DNA of 64,000 nucleotides. Source: a virus. The number at the start of each line of letters is the position of its first letter. The stretch's first letter is position 1. Below are positions 19,033-29,968 of the stretch, piece by piece. The stretch covers positions 36,190 through 100,189 of the IMG/VR virus record IMGVR_UViG_3300028197_000962; one strand, written 5' to 3'. Under the pieces are notes generated by a model. That model ran no database searches. It was given only the letters and a program-made list of their open reading frames with translations, and was not told the DNA's origin. Position numbers and translations under genes: made by a program.

Positions 19033-20397
19033 TTAGACTTCTCCGAATGGATTCCTTTGAGTAAAGTCTAAAATACCATCAGCTTCTGTCTGAATATTGT
19101 CATTATCTGCATATGCATCGATAAGATCATCTGTATTAACTATTGATAACGTTCTTATAGCACCAGAATCTTGACCTGTAATTGTTTCACCGGAAGTAAA
19201 TGTTCCATTGGCAATGGATACTCTAAGTTCTCCGGTAGAAGAGATCCACTTCTTAACTCTTGCCTTAGTTCCAGTTGTTCCACCAGTAACGATTTCGTTA
19301 TAAATGTAGTCTCCACTACCAACTAGTGAAGGATTACCGATTGTAAGTATCGGAGAAACAGTGTATCCATAACCAGCATTTGAAATACGAATAGCAGTTA
19401 CAGTTCCATCAGAATTTATTACTGCTTTACCAATAGCAGTTACACCAGTTCCGGGAGAACTAAACGTGACAGTTGGAGTAGTTGAATATCCATTTCCACC
19501 ATTAGTTAGAGTTACTATACCAACACCACCAGTTGTAGCAATACCAACCGTTGTAGCAGCACCAGCACCACCACCACCAACAAGAACCACAGATGGTGGA
19601 ACTGTATATCCAGCACCTGGATTAGTTAGTAAGATTTCTTTTACAGATGATGCTGTACTAAATCCAGTTGCTGACGTTGTAATAGCAACAGCAGTTGCTT
19701 GAATACCTGGTGAAGATGATATAGCAACTTGTGGAGTAGAAGTATAACCCTGCCCCTGATTTGTTAAATTGATGAATCCTATACCACCATTTACAAAAGT
19801 CGCTGTGGCGGTTGCAGTCTGTCCAACTCCAAGAAGAGTAAGTGTCTCTGCATATCCAGCATCTGCCATGCTGTCATCAATATCTTCAATTCCAGTATCA
19901 ATTACTTCATCTTCATAACGGAAGACTTCACATCTCAGTTCATATGTATAGAGATCTTGTAACTGATAGAAAGGGTCAGCATATTCTACAAACTTAATCT
20001 CATACAATCTATCATCAAGAGGAAAATAGATTAAGTCTCCGCCCTTTGGTCTGGATGCTAATTTAATATCTTTTTCGTTTTGAATTAGTGGTTGAATATA
20101 TGTTTCCCATCTCTCCCTTGAAATAATTAATGTGACATCATCTTGTTGTTGCACACCAAATTTTGACATGAGGATACCAGCACCCTCATATGAATCCGAT
20201 TTTACATATGCTTCAATTGGGTAAGCATCATCAAATTTAGACTGAATTACTTCTTTAATTACAGTATTTGATGTTAGATATTTTCTGGGAATATAATGAA
20301 CATCAACTCCATATGTACGAAGTTGCTCATTGATCAGATCTTGTACAAGACTCTGCTCACCACGTGTTCCCTGAGTAAAATATGGATTAAGTGCCAT
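19033..20397 (-). CDS. gp14: Neck protein gp14 with inserted GxGYTxxP repeats
   Basis: MALNPYF, GDLIYFPL, PFYQL, C-terminal NPFGEV; three GxGY(T/S)xxPxV repeats plus a fourth variant. Confidence 0.93.
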   Translation of the reverse strand: MALNPYFTQGTRGEQSLVQDLINEQLRTYGVDVHYIPRKYLTSNTVIKEVIQSKFDDAYPIEAYVKSDSYEGAGILMSKFGVQQQDDVTLIISRERWETYIQPLIQNEKDIKLASRPKGGDLIYFPLDDRLYEIKFVEYADPFYQLQDLYTYELRCEVFRYEDEVIDTGIEDIDDSMADAGYAETLTLLGVGQTATATATFVNGGIGFINLTNQGQGYTSTPQVAISSSPGIQATAVAITTSATGFSTASSVKEILLTNPGAGYTVPPSVVLVGGGGAGAATTVGIATTGGVGIVTLTNGGNGYSTTPTVTFSSPGTGVTAIGKAVINSDGTVTAIRISNAGYGYTVSPILTIGNPSLVGSGDYIYNEIVTGGTTGTKARVKKWISSTGELRVSIANGTFTSGETITGQDSGAIRTLSIVNTDDLIDAYADNDNIQTEADGILDFTQRNPFGEV

Positions 20398-21236
20398 TAT
20401 CCGATGAGATCAAGAGGTGGAATTTCGTATGTAGACATCATTTGATCGTTAATATCCTTCAACTCTTGTAATGCATCGTCATAGATTTGTCTACCATTGA
20501 GTTCAATTCCACCAGGAAGTTTGACTCCTTGAAACTTAATCAAATTCATACCCCACTGTTTTTTCATGATAGCAGTTAAGTATTTTTTGATAAACCTATC
20601 ATTATAAACTTTGCTAGTATCATTTGGATCAAGAGCTCTCCAACAATCAATAATGATGTAATCACCCTCTGTAAAATCATTCCAATCACAATCTAGATAT
20701 AACTTTCCTTCTCTAATATTGTATCGAATTTGTTTTAGTGGATTTAATAAGAAATCGATAGTTTCCAATTTACTCTTTACCATAGAGTAAGTTAATAATT
20801 CTAATGAACTATAATTGTAAAGATCGTTCAACATCAATTGATATTTGATATTGAACATTCCAGATCCCATTGTTTGAGAACCATGGACCCTATAAATTTT
20901 ATTGACTCCAATGATAGAGTCGGGTAATGGAATATAGTTACTATTCTCTAAGTATTTAAATGTACTGGCAGCACCAACTGTTTCTGATACAGTAGATGTT
21001 GTAATACCAGAAAATCCACCGGCCGGTGCCTTACCCCTAGCAATATCATCAGCTCGCATCTGATATTTCAGAGGCGTTTGTACGACACCATCATAGTGTC
21101 TCTCTTGAAAATATTGAATAGCATCGTCAACCAGATCATCGATCTGTTCATCAGCAATATTAATTTCTAATACAGGAGCACCAAGTTGCCTGAGGCAATA
21201 ATCGATTAGACCTTGGCGATTAGACGGTTTAGACAT
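20397..21236 (-). CDS. gp13: Neck protein gp13
   Basis: YCLRQLGAPVLEIN, QWGMNLIKFQGVKLPGG. Confidence 0.95.
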   Translation of the reverse strand: MSKPSNRQGLIDYCLRQLGAPVLEINIADEQIDDLVDDAIQYFQERHYDGVVQTPLKYQMRADDIARGKAPAGGFSGITTSTVSETVGAASTFKYLENSNYIPLPDSIIGVNKIYRVHGSQTMGSGMFNIKYQLMLNDLYNYSSLELLTYSMVKSKLETIDFLLNPLKQIRYNIREGKLYLDCDWNDFTEGDYIIIDCWRALDPNDTSKVYNDRFIKKYLTAIMKKQWGMNLIKFQGVKLPGGIELNGRQIYDDALQELKDINDQMMSTYEIPPLDLIG

Positions 21237-21258
21237 ATTAGGAATCCTCCTATGTTAT

Positions 21259-21639
21259 TTAGACAGAGGATGTAACTCCCGCTCGAACCATCACGTCTCC
21301 TTCTACAATTCTATACACAGTGGTTCCACTACTTACTAAAACATCATATTTATATCTACCATCTCTAAGACCCTTTGTTGCAGTTGCTCCCATACCAAGA
21401 TTGATTACTCCTGTCAGAGTATTGATTCCAACAGCAAAAGTTCTTAACGCATGTAAAGAGGATCCAATACTAACTGATTTAATAAGACTAGCTGCACCAC
21501 TGTAACCATCCAGGTTAAAAGCAGTTCCTCCAATAGTTGTTACAGAGTAAGCTGCTGCAAAACTAGCACCAGTGGAGATTGTTTGATTAACTGCTTGTGC
21601 GACCCCTGAGGATGGGTCAAAAGTAAAACTAGCGTCCAT
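21259..21639 (-). CDS. Hypothetical beta-rich virion protein
   Basis: 126 aa, GRYKYDVLV...RIVEG; coupled to neighbours. Confidence 0.72.
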   Translation of the reverse strand: MDASFTFDPSSGVAQAVNQTISTGASFAAAYSVTTIGGTAFNLDGYSGAASLIKSVSIGSSLHALRTFAVGINTLTGVINLGMGATATKGLRDGRYKYDVLVSSGTTVYRIVEGDVMVRAGVTSSV

Positions 21640-21851
21640 TATTTTTCTGCAAGTTTAAGTAAAAGTTCTTTGATCGATGATATATCTTCTTTCAATGAAT
21701 TGATATCATTTTTCATGGTATCAAATTCTTCACTTTCTTTTGAGTTTTTATTTCTAAGATGGAGATAATTTTGATAGGCGTTGTGATTAGTATTAACCAC
21801 AGCGCCTGTATTATCATTCCTTCGAAGATTTGGGTGTCCTTCGACTTTCAT
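21639..21851 (-). CDS. Small hypothetical protein with C-terminal coiled coil
   Basis: KVEGHPNLRR...GAVVN; 70 aa, directly after the DUF4815 gene. Confidence 0.75.
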   Translation of the reverse strand: MKVEGHPNLRRNDNTGAVVNTNHNAYQNYLHLRNKNSKESEEFDTMKNDINSLKEDISSIKELLLKLAEK

Positions 21852-21852
21852 A

Positions 21853-24800
21853 TTATTTTACTGCAATAGCGCGAAGGTTTTTAACAATAGGTGGTTTTGC
21901 TTGATTTGTACCTGACAGTACAATCTTCAATTGGAATCCAACAAAATCAGGAAGGTCATCAACAGAGAATTCATAATCTTTAAATTGATTTCTTCTTGCA
22001 CTTGGAGGAACAAACACATTTGATCTGCCATTGTTGTTAGCAACATCAATAACGTTACCTAAATCATCGATGTTTTCATATCCTGGGAATAAGTTATATG
22101 GAGTAGAATCAATATCTGAATCATCAGTAAAGATCTTGTAAAGAACTCTGATTTCAGCACTTTGATCCCTATAACATTCAAGAAGAACTCTGATTGAATT
22201 GGCAGGATTTGCCAATTCAACTTTCTTAGTAATGTAGATAGCAGCGTTTGGATCTTCACCAGTTACACTAACTCTCTTATCAGCAGCAAAATCAGTAACT
22301 GCATTATTTAATCTATTAGAAGTAAGAACCATATTGACTCTATCTAGGTCAACCACTGGTGATATGAAGGAATTTGTAGAAGAGAATTCCATATCAAGAG
22401 TCAGTGACTTATTACCAGGGAGATCTGATAGTAAGGTGCCCTCGTTTGTAGCAGAGGCTAGAATTCTTGGAGTCTCTAAGTTATTTGGAGATCCAATAGT
22501 AATTGATTCATATCCCTCATCAAGGAATGAAATTTCATTGCCATCAATACTAGTGCCTGAAACTGTTCTAATGCTTGCATTTAAAGAAGTTCCTGGCAGA
22601 ATCATTGTCTGAACATTCGGTGTGATAGTTTCAAACTGAATGTTGTTGCCACCACTTACTGTATCGCCACCAACTTTCTTAGTGGAATTAAATCCAAGTT
22701 TAGGGAATGAAGTATTAGCAGATCTATTAATGCCATCTGCCGACATATCAATCTTAATTGCATAGGAATCAAGAGTTCTTGGTCTAGTAGTGGAAGCATC
22801 ACTAAGCACATGATCACGGTTGATTCTTCTTAGAGAAACACCATTGAGTTCATACTTGGCAATTAAATCACTAGTGTTGTGTGCAAAGGTTCCTTTCGCA
22901 TCGATATTTCTAGTGATGCCAGTAAGAGTGCTTCCATTCACTCCAGTGTAAGCAATCAATTCATTTCCAATAATCGCATATCCAGGATTGGTTGTTCCAA
23001 CTCCGACGTTTTCAAATGTATCAAATTTAGAAGTATCTGCAAGTCCGATGTTTCCGGATGAAGTAGCACTAATATCCGCAATCAAACTAGTAGGACGCAT
23101 ATCAGGTTTAACATTGTTAATAGAAACAGTGTTAGTTCCAGAATTCATTGCATGATTTCTATGTCTTACATTGAGATGGATTCCATCAAAATTAGCATTG
23201 CTTGTTGTAGCATCGGCATTAACTCCTGTTAATACTCCAACAGCACCAGTTTCTTGAACAACATATGTCATTGTTCCGGCAACGCCAGTTATAAATTGTC
23301 CTTGAACATTATCAAGAACAACAGAATTAATTGCAGAGATAATACCAACACTAAATCTTGCATTCCTTCCTAAGGTAGTGCTGCCAAGAGTTGTAATTCC
23401 AAGTTCATCGCCAACACCATATCCAGTACCACCATTTGTAACGAAGCAAGAAGTAATGCCACCAGAACTTACAGTAACTTTGCCAACCGCACCAGAACCA
23501 GATCCAGAAAGAGTGGTTAAGTTTGTCGTATAAGTTCCAAAACCAATGGACGGTGTATATCCAATACCAGAGTTAATAACATCAACAGAATTACCAATAC
23601 CAATTGATCCAAGAGTGTTGATTACTACACCAGTTGCTGTTGGATTGTTAACTTGAGAAAGGTTAACGCCAGGAATAATTACAAGTTCCTGAGACGCAGC
23701 AAGTGTAGATCCTAGTCCAACAGTAGACTTTTTGGAGACAGTCTGAACTGGATTTGCACCAAGTTTAGTGATACCACCATTAGAAACACCCATATCTGGG
23801 TTATAGAAAGTGACATTACCACTAGTACCAGTGGTAAATTGTGCTCTAAACATCGTAAACTTAATATCTTCAAACTGACTTGGATCCCAAGTAGAACCGT
23901 TTTGTGACTTAAAGCATGATCCAAGTAAAGGTTGTTGGGAAATAACAGCTCTTGTAGCATCGCTTGATGTCAAAGAATTAGTAATATCTGTTTCACCCAT
24001 TCTAGAAATCCAGGCACCATATTGAGGGGTATCTGATAGGAGAACAAATGCATACTCCTGACCACCTTTAAGGAATACCGGGGATGGGAAAATAAATCTA
24101 GTTGGAACTGATGCATCATCACTAATGTTAACTTGTGATGGCAAAAGATCGAGTTCAGCAAATGGTAGAACAGTTGTAGTTGGAATACCATCTCTCATTG
24201 TTCTGATCTGAATCGTCACTGGTAATGTAGTGTCCTTAGTTTGGAAGTAACATTCAATAGCAGTAACAAACATACCATCGGCAGAAGTAACAAAGAATGA
24301 TTGTGCCAAAGGATCTCTTCCTCTCGCACATTTAGACGTGGAAGCTGTTGTTGTGCTACCAAGATTAGCAGTCGCAATTAAATTACCACTTCTATCAAAG
24401 TTGTAAGATCTTCCTCCGCCTCCTCCACCGGAACGACCTCCTCCACTACGTCGTGAACTAGGAGCCCGATTAAAACTACGACTGCCGCCTCTGTTGCTAC
24501 GGCCAAGATTTCTACCGGTGTATGATCTGTTCGATGTTCCAGCATTTCTATCAGAAGTGTAAGTTGCTCTTCTGCCAGAATTGAGCCTTCCTGTTGAAAT
24601 CAACACACCATTCTGGTCGAAATGCCACGTTCTTCCACTTCTTCTGCTTCTAGATCTACTAGATCTTCCGCTTCTCCTTTGGGGTGCTGATCTTGCTTGG
24701 CGACGACTACTTCTTCCGCCGCCACCACAAGAACTAGGAGCACCTGGACGTGTCAAAAGAACAGCAGTATTATAGATTAAATTTTTCTCGTAATCACCAA

Positions 24801-27800
24801 CAGCACGTGCATATGCAGTGTACGAACCATAACCATTATTAACAGCAGTGGTGTATGCAACATAACGAGCATCACAGTTACCAGATGGTCTCCCCCCACT
24901 AGCTGGTTGAACTTGCCTTACGTTTCTTAGAATAGTGTCCGCAGAATTTTCACTAATAACATTGCTGGTTGCACCAAGAATATTTTCAGCAGTGGTATTC
25001 TCTTGGAACACTGTTTTGTGTAAAGCAGTTGCTCTTACAGAAATAACACTTTCTTCTGTAAACTCTAATAAACCATTTGCTTGGAAAGTTGCTTCCGCAG
25101 ATGTTTGATTTAGTGAAGAAATAAATGATGTCTGAGGAATTGAAGTAAGTTTAACAATCTTAGTTCCAGTAATGAATTGAGGATTGCCTGGTTTAGATGG
25201 ATCTGGGATGTAAATACAACCAATGACACCACCTACTTCATCAGTTACCAATCTAATATCAGAAACTGTTGCTTGTGCTCCACTTGTCAACCCTTTGAGA
25301 ATCATTCTTCTACGAGGATGTCCAAAGAAGTCTCCACTAGTTTGTGCTGCCAAAGAAGTAGTATCAATGTTCAATACTGATGATACAGATGAGTAGTCAT
25401 CCGGTAGAGTTTCATCGTTATTGTATGGGTTTAATGTAAATGTAGAACTAGGATCATCATAAGCGCCAGATTTGTGATTTGCGGTTGCAAGTCTAAATTT
25501 AAAAGTTCCAGTTGCTTCATTTGGAAGTGGATTGATTTGAGTATTACTCTGTGCCATCGATCCAATTACAGTTTCACCAACAGTAAACGTACCAGCAGTC
25601 ATGGAAATTTCCAATAACTTAGGTGCCATATAATCAACCATATTCTGATTATCCAGAATAGGATAGACCTGAGTTCTGGGTCTTAATCTAGTTCCTGTAA
25701 ATTCAATATTACGAGATCTCATGTAGAGAATGCTGGATCTATTCAGAACTCGGCTACCAACAGTTTGTTTTTTGATATGAGGTGATTTTCTGATTGCAAC
25801 CCCATCTCTTGTCTTACTGAGAAGTTGAACATCAGTTGTTGTTCTTACAACCTTAGTTGTTGTTGTAGTAACATCATCTGTCGCATTAAGTTGTTTTGTT
25901 GAAGATGATGTTGATGTGACATCAACTGGTCTTGCTTCTCTACCAATAACTGTGTCTACCCAAGATCCCCACTCAATCTCAGCAAATCCTTTTGCCTCAT
26001 CAATTCCAATTGTTTGTGTTGATGCCATAAAATCTGGACCATTGACATCAAATTCAGATGTTTTGATTACTTTTTGATCAACCCAAATATCAGAGGATGG
26101 GTAAAGATGTAATGTTCCTGTCCAGTTAGTGACTAAAAATGGGTTTACAGACTCAACACGTGATGCAAAAATATTTTGCATGTAAACCAGATCTGCGTAG
26201 TTAAGAGTAACTAAATCACCAGTCTTTCTAACATTTGGATCTGTAAGTTGATCGTTGAAACGTTGATCTAGTGTAGATGGTGCAGATACACCAATACCAC
26301 TAATTGCAGCAGTTGCAAGTACCATGTCAATTGACGTGGTATAGTGGGATGGTCTCATTTCACCATTATAGGTATCAATAGAACAACTAAAATCCTCGTT
26401 GCTTTGATCTTGAATTTGATGAGTTTTAAAATTATCAACAAAGAAACCACTCTTAAATCTATCAAGACCCTTAGCATCTTGAATTGTGAGTGCCTCAGTT
26501 TCTTTCTCTAATAAAGAGAGAGCTGTATAATATTCTAGACTAGTGATCCTAGTATCAAGATCACCAATATCTTTCATAGTATATCTCTTATGCTCTATCC
26601 TTTGAATAGATGCACTATCAAGAGAGAATAAGTATGGAGGAAGATTAATTGTTGCAACTTCCAAACTACCATCTAATCCATTAGGTAGTTCTGGATTTTC
26701 AGAAGGAACGCCATTGACAATATTAAAATTACCAACAGAATCTAAGAATACTCTATCAATTCTACCAAGATAATATTCATAATTAAGAACCAAATTTTCA
26801 TTTGATACTAAGATATTTGAGGTTGACTGTCCACTTTGAGTAAAGTTTCTAGTTGCAAAATCAAATGGAGATAATGTGGAGGTTGAATCGTAATCACCAA
26901 CCCTTGGTCTGATATCAATTATATCAGTATTTCTTATACCATTGAAAGATGGAATGTCATTTGAATATAGTTCATTTTCATAACTTTCTGACGTAAATAC
27001 ATCTCCACTATCAGCCGCAGCAACAACAAAATTTTGGAAGATAATTCTTAGTTTTCTTCCTGCACTTTCTCTACCTTTTCTTCTCTTAATTCTTCCATAA
27101 TCATAGAAAGAATTTCTTTGACCATTATCAACAAGGTAATCCCCAGTGACATTTTTATCTGCTTGACCTAATGTTGTAACTGTTGCAGCAGTATTGGATG
27201 TTTGCCCAATAACTCTTTCGTCAAAGGCAAATTCTTTCCCATTTAAGTAAACAAGTTCTACAATTGTTCCCGAAACTGCCGAGACGAATCTAGCAACTGC
27301 TTTGGTATCCTCACCAATAATTTTTTCTCCAACAATAAAATCAGATGTAGACTGATTAGGACCACTAATGGAGGTTAAAGTTGCAGTAGGAAGATTGGGA
27401 TCATTTTGATCGTCAGATTCAAATACACCAAGAACTCTAAGAACATCTGGTTTGTTTAGAGAAATCTCTTTGTCTTGTACCCTGGTTCCATATACATTAC
27501 TATACGTCAATCCATCATTAAGAGTGGTTGAACCAATTCCAGAAGATGTATCACTAGATCGAGTAATTACAACAGAGGAGACGTTATTAAGGGATTTTTG
27601 TTTCTGAACAACTTTGTTTTTATTAAGAGTTACAGCAACTCTAATATTTGTTTCTTCTTCTCTTGCCAGACCACTAATAGTAACTGTTTTTGAATTAATG
27701 GCTGGTACAACCATATCATCTGTTAAAGGTTGGATCGTGCCATCTCTATAAGCAACATGATATCTCTCCTCATCAAACGGGAGATAGAATTCATTATCAG

Positions 27801-29964
27801 CAGCTGTTGGTAATGTAAGTGTACTAGAAGCAGATGAAACGTTAGTAAAAACTTTCTTGATTATAATTTGTGCAGCTCCAAGATCGACACTGTCAATGTT
27901 AGTCGCACCTAGTTCTGTATATAATGTGTTGTCGTCTACATTAATTAAATCACCGCTCACAACCTCTAAATCAGTGATTTGTTGTACGTTGGCAGGCGGA
28001 GCACCATCAAACAGATTAGAGACGGTCTGAATGCCTGCTAGGGTCATCTCAGACCCTGTGTTGTTAATGTTATGAACTCTAAGTAGAACTGGGTCAGAAA
28101 TAGTATTGTCAGTTGAGATAAACCTAACAAGATCGTTTGTAGTAACAATACCAACAAACGTACCTCTTTCCGCAGTAATCGTACTAAAACCAGCAGGAGT
28201 AGCAGCTGCATTGCTGCCACCTCTACCCGTGATAGTAAAGGAAGTTCCAAACTTTCTTGTTGTTGAAAGTTTTAAATCAGCATTAAACGTCTGAATTCCT
28301 ACTGACGTTCCTTGATATACTGATTTTACTTTTGAAATATCATAGCTTGTAGTAATAGCAACAGTAGTGGTAAAATCTACACCATCAACAGAGATTCTTT
28401 CCCCTTTATGGAAAACTCCTTTTACTTGTCTAAGACTGAGAGTGGAAATTCCAGTAGCGTTAGAATCAATGTCAACAACGAATCCAGATGCACCGCTATT
28501 TTGTCCTGATAGGAAAGCACCAGAACGTAACGAAGTAAAAGGTTGTGTGGTCTCTAATTTTGTATATGGAGAAATATCAAATAGTCTCAGCGTATACTCT
28601 GATTGAGGACCTTCAAAAACTTGGGATTCTAAATTATAATCATAAATTCTACACTCACCAATTGCTTGACCTGCTGGTAAAGTAGAACCTACACCAACTC
28701 TTGAATCTCTGAGCGATGCTGCAATAGTGGTCCCAAAACCAACGACAGGTGAACCATGGACATTATTAATTACAATTTTTGGTCCGATTGAGATAGGTAC
28801 AGCTTCTTGAAATACTCTTCTGGTACTTCTAGGTTTTTCAACATCAATAACTGTATCAGTTTGCTTATCAATCTCAAATCCACTTACATATGCTTTGCCT
28901 GAGGAAAATACATACTCCATCAAAGCATCAGAAGGAGCATTTGCTTGATATGTTAATTCATCAGCGTTATATAATCCATCATTTCCAAGATAGTTGTTTA
29001 AAGTATTTTTGATTGACAGTTCAAAAGGTTTAATATAGTAATTACCAGACTCGTCATGAGTTCTTCTAGCAAATTCTGCTTTGACAAAATTGTATTCACT
29101 ATTTCTTACAAAAGTTTCAATTTCTCCATTTTGAATTCTCATCAATTCAACAAAAGTTGGATCATCATTATCGATGATTAACTTTGAAGACAATACGGCT
29201 GAGATTTTTAATCTGTCTGCACCTGGTGCCGAATAGTTGCTAAACCCCTGTGCATTATCATTAAGAGATTGATCTTCATCAGCATTGATAATTTCCTCAA
29301 CAACAGTCAAACCAACCTTCAAGGTTGGCATGGAATCATACTGTTGGAGAAGAATTGTCTGAGGATTAACGGTTACAAAATTTCCTCTTAAAAAATATAC
29401 TCCTTCTTGAATATTTGCAGCAGATCCAGTAATATTTGCTTCAACTGAGACAGCTTTGGCAAATCCTTGATTGGCAGAAATTGCAGTATTTCCATAGGAA
29501 ATAGATTCTAGGAGAATTAAATTTTCTCCTTCTGTGAAGTTACCATTCTCAAAGTTTGATCCACTCTTAATAATTGTAAAATATAAGGTGTCTAAACTTA
29601 GTTCCGAATTTGATGAATCTAAAACAAAGTCAATTCTTGCTTCAATTCCAGATTCTTCTCCCCTGAATTTCTTACCAACAAGTTGTTCTATATAAAAACT
29701 AATCGGAATACCGGCAAAATTCGGATCTATGCATACACCAGTAAAGACATCTTGATAAGAAAGTTGTCCAGGAATTACTTTGGAACCTTCTTTAAAAAAG
29801 TGTGTTCCAAATTTTTCAATCTGATCTTGAAGAATAGATTGTAATCCAGTTAGTTCCCTAGCCTGAACCGGAGTTCCTGGTTTAAATAGAACTTTGTGAA
29901 AATTATTCGCAGCATCAAAATCGTCATAATAAGGGGTGATGTTTAGATTAGTTTCCTGGGGCAT
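21853..29964 (-). CDS. Large virion structural protein (DUF4815/VrlC-like), 2703 aa
   Basis: PYYDDFD...VLFKPGTPVQARELT, APGADRLKI, RFKSGFFVDNF, DPLAQSF motifs; position after gp8. Confidence 0.88.
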   Translation of the reverse strand: MPQETNLNITPYYDDFDAANNFHKVLFKPGTPVQARELTGLQSILQDQIEKFGTHFFKEGSKVIPGQLSYQDVFTGVCIDPNFAGIPISFYIEQLVGKKFRGEESGIEARIDFVLDSSNSELSLDTLYFTIIKSGSNFENGNFTEGENLILLESISYGNTAISANQGFAKAVSVEANITGSAANIQEGVYFLRGNFVTVNPQTILLQQYDSMPTLKVGLTVVEEIINADEDQSLNDNAQGFSNYSAPGADRLKISAVLSSKLIIDNDDPTFVELMRIQNGEIETFVRNSEYNFVKAEFARRTHDESGNYYIKPFELSIKNTLNNYLGNDGLYNADELTYQANAPSDALMEYVFSSGKAYVSGFEIDKQTDTVIDVEKPRSTRRVFQEAVPISIGPKIVINNVHGSPVVGFGTTIAASLRDSRVGVGSTLPAGQAIGECRIYDYNLESQVFEGPQSEYTLRLFDISPYTKLETTQPFTSLRSGAFLSGQNSGASGFVVDIDSNATGISTLSLRQVKGVFHKGERISVDGVDFTTTVAITTSYDISKVKSVYQGTSVGIQTFNADLKLSTTRKFGTSFTITGRGGSNAAATPAGFSTITAERGTFVGIVTTNDLVRFISTDNTISDPVLLRVHNINNTGSEMTLAGIQTVSNLFDGAPPANVQQITDLEVVSGDLINVDDNTLYTELGATNIDSVDLGAAQIIIKKVFTNVSSASSTLTLPTAADNEFYLPFDEERYHVAYRDGTIQPLTDDMVVPAINSKTVTISGLAREEETNIRVAVTLNKNKVVQKQKSLNNVSSVVITRSSDTSSGIGSTTLNDGLTYSNVYGTRVQDKEISLNKPDVLRVLGVFESDDQNDPNLPTATLTSISGPNQSTSDFIVGEKIIGEDTKAVARFVSAVSGTIVELVYLNGKEFAFDERVIGQTSNTAATVTTLGQADKNVTGDYLVDNGQRNSFYDYGRIKRRKGRESAGRKLRIIFQNFVVAAADSGDVFTSESYENELYSNDIPSFNGIRNTDIIDIRPRVGDYDSTSTLSPFDFATRNFTQSGQSTSNILVSNENLVLNYEYYLGRIDRVFLDSVGNFNIVNGVPSENPELPNGLDGSLEVATINLPPYLFSLDSASIQRIEHKRYTMKDIGDLDTRITSLEYYTALSLLEKETEALTIQDAKGLDRFKSGFFVDNFKTHQIQDQSNEDFSCSIDTYNGEMRPSHYTTSIDMVLATAAISGIGVSAPSTLDQRFNDQLTDPNVRKTGDLVTLNYADLVYMQNIFASRVESVNPFLVTNWTGTLHLYPSSDIWVDQKVIKTSEFDVNGPDFMASTQTIGIDEAKGFAEIEWGSWVDTVIGREARPVDVTSTSSSTKQLNATDDVTTTTTKVVRTTTDVQLLSKTRDGVAIRKSPHIKKQTVGSRVLNRSSILYMRSRNIEFTGTRLRPRTQVYPILDNQNMVDYMAPKLLEISMTAGTFTVGETVIGSMAQSNTQINPLPNEATGTFKFRLATANHKSGAYDDPSSTFTLNPYNNDETLPDDYSSVSSVLNIDTTSLAAQTSGDFFGHPRRRMILKGLTSGAQATVSDIRLVTDEVGGVIGCIYIPDPSKPGNPQFITGTKIVKLTSIPQTSFISSLNQTSAEATFQANGLLEFTEESVISVRATALHKTVFQENTTAENILGATSNVISENSADTILRNVRQVQPASGGRPSGNCDARYVAYTTAVNNGYGSYTAYARAVGDYEKNLIYNTAVLLTRPGAPSSCGGGGRSSRRQARSAPQRRSGRSSRSRSRRSGRTWHFDQNGVLISTGRLNSGRRATYTSDRNAGTSNRSYTGRNLGRSNRGGSRSFNRAPSSRRSGGGRSGGGGGGRSYNFDRSGNLIATANLGSTTTASTSKCARGRDPLAQSFFVTSADGMFVTAIECYFQTKDTTLPVTIQIRTMRDGIPTTTVLPFAELDLLPSQVNISDDASVPTRFIFPSPVFLKGGQEYAFVLLSDTPQYGAWISRMGETDITNSLTSSDATRAVISQQPLLGSCFKSQNGSTWDPSQFEDIKFTMFRAQFTTGTSGNVTFYNPDMGVSNGGITKLGANPVQTVSKKSTVGLGSTLAASQELVIIPGVNLSQVNNPTATGVVINTLGSIGIGNSVDVINSGIGYTPSIGFGTYTTNLTTLSGSGSGAVGKVTVSSGGITSCFVTNGGTGYGVGDELGITTLGSTTLGRNARFSVGIISAINSVVLDNVQGQFITGVAGTMTYVVQETGAVGVLTGVNADATTSNANFDGIHLNVRHRNHAMNSGTNTVSINNVKPDMRPTSLIADISATSSGNIGLADTSKFDTFENVGVGTTNPGYAIIGNELIAYTGVNGSTLTGITRNIDAKGTFAHNTSDLIAKYELNGVSLRRINRDHVLSDASTTRPRTLDSYAIKIDMSADGINRSANTSFPKLGFNSTKKVGGDTVSGGNNIQFETITPNVQTMILPGTSLNASIRTVSGTSIDGNEISFLDEGYESITIGSPNNLETPRILASATNEGTLLSDLPGNKSLTLDMEFSSTNSFISPVVDLDRVNMVLTSNRLNNAVTDFAADKRVSVTGEDPNAAIYITKKVELANPANSIRVLLECYRDQSAEIRVLYKIFTDDSDIDSTPYNLFPGYENIDDLGNVIDVANNNGRSNVFVPPSARRNQFKDYEFSVDDLPDFVGFQLKIVLSGTNQAKPPIVKNLRAIAVK

Positions 29965-29968
29965 TTTC

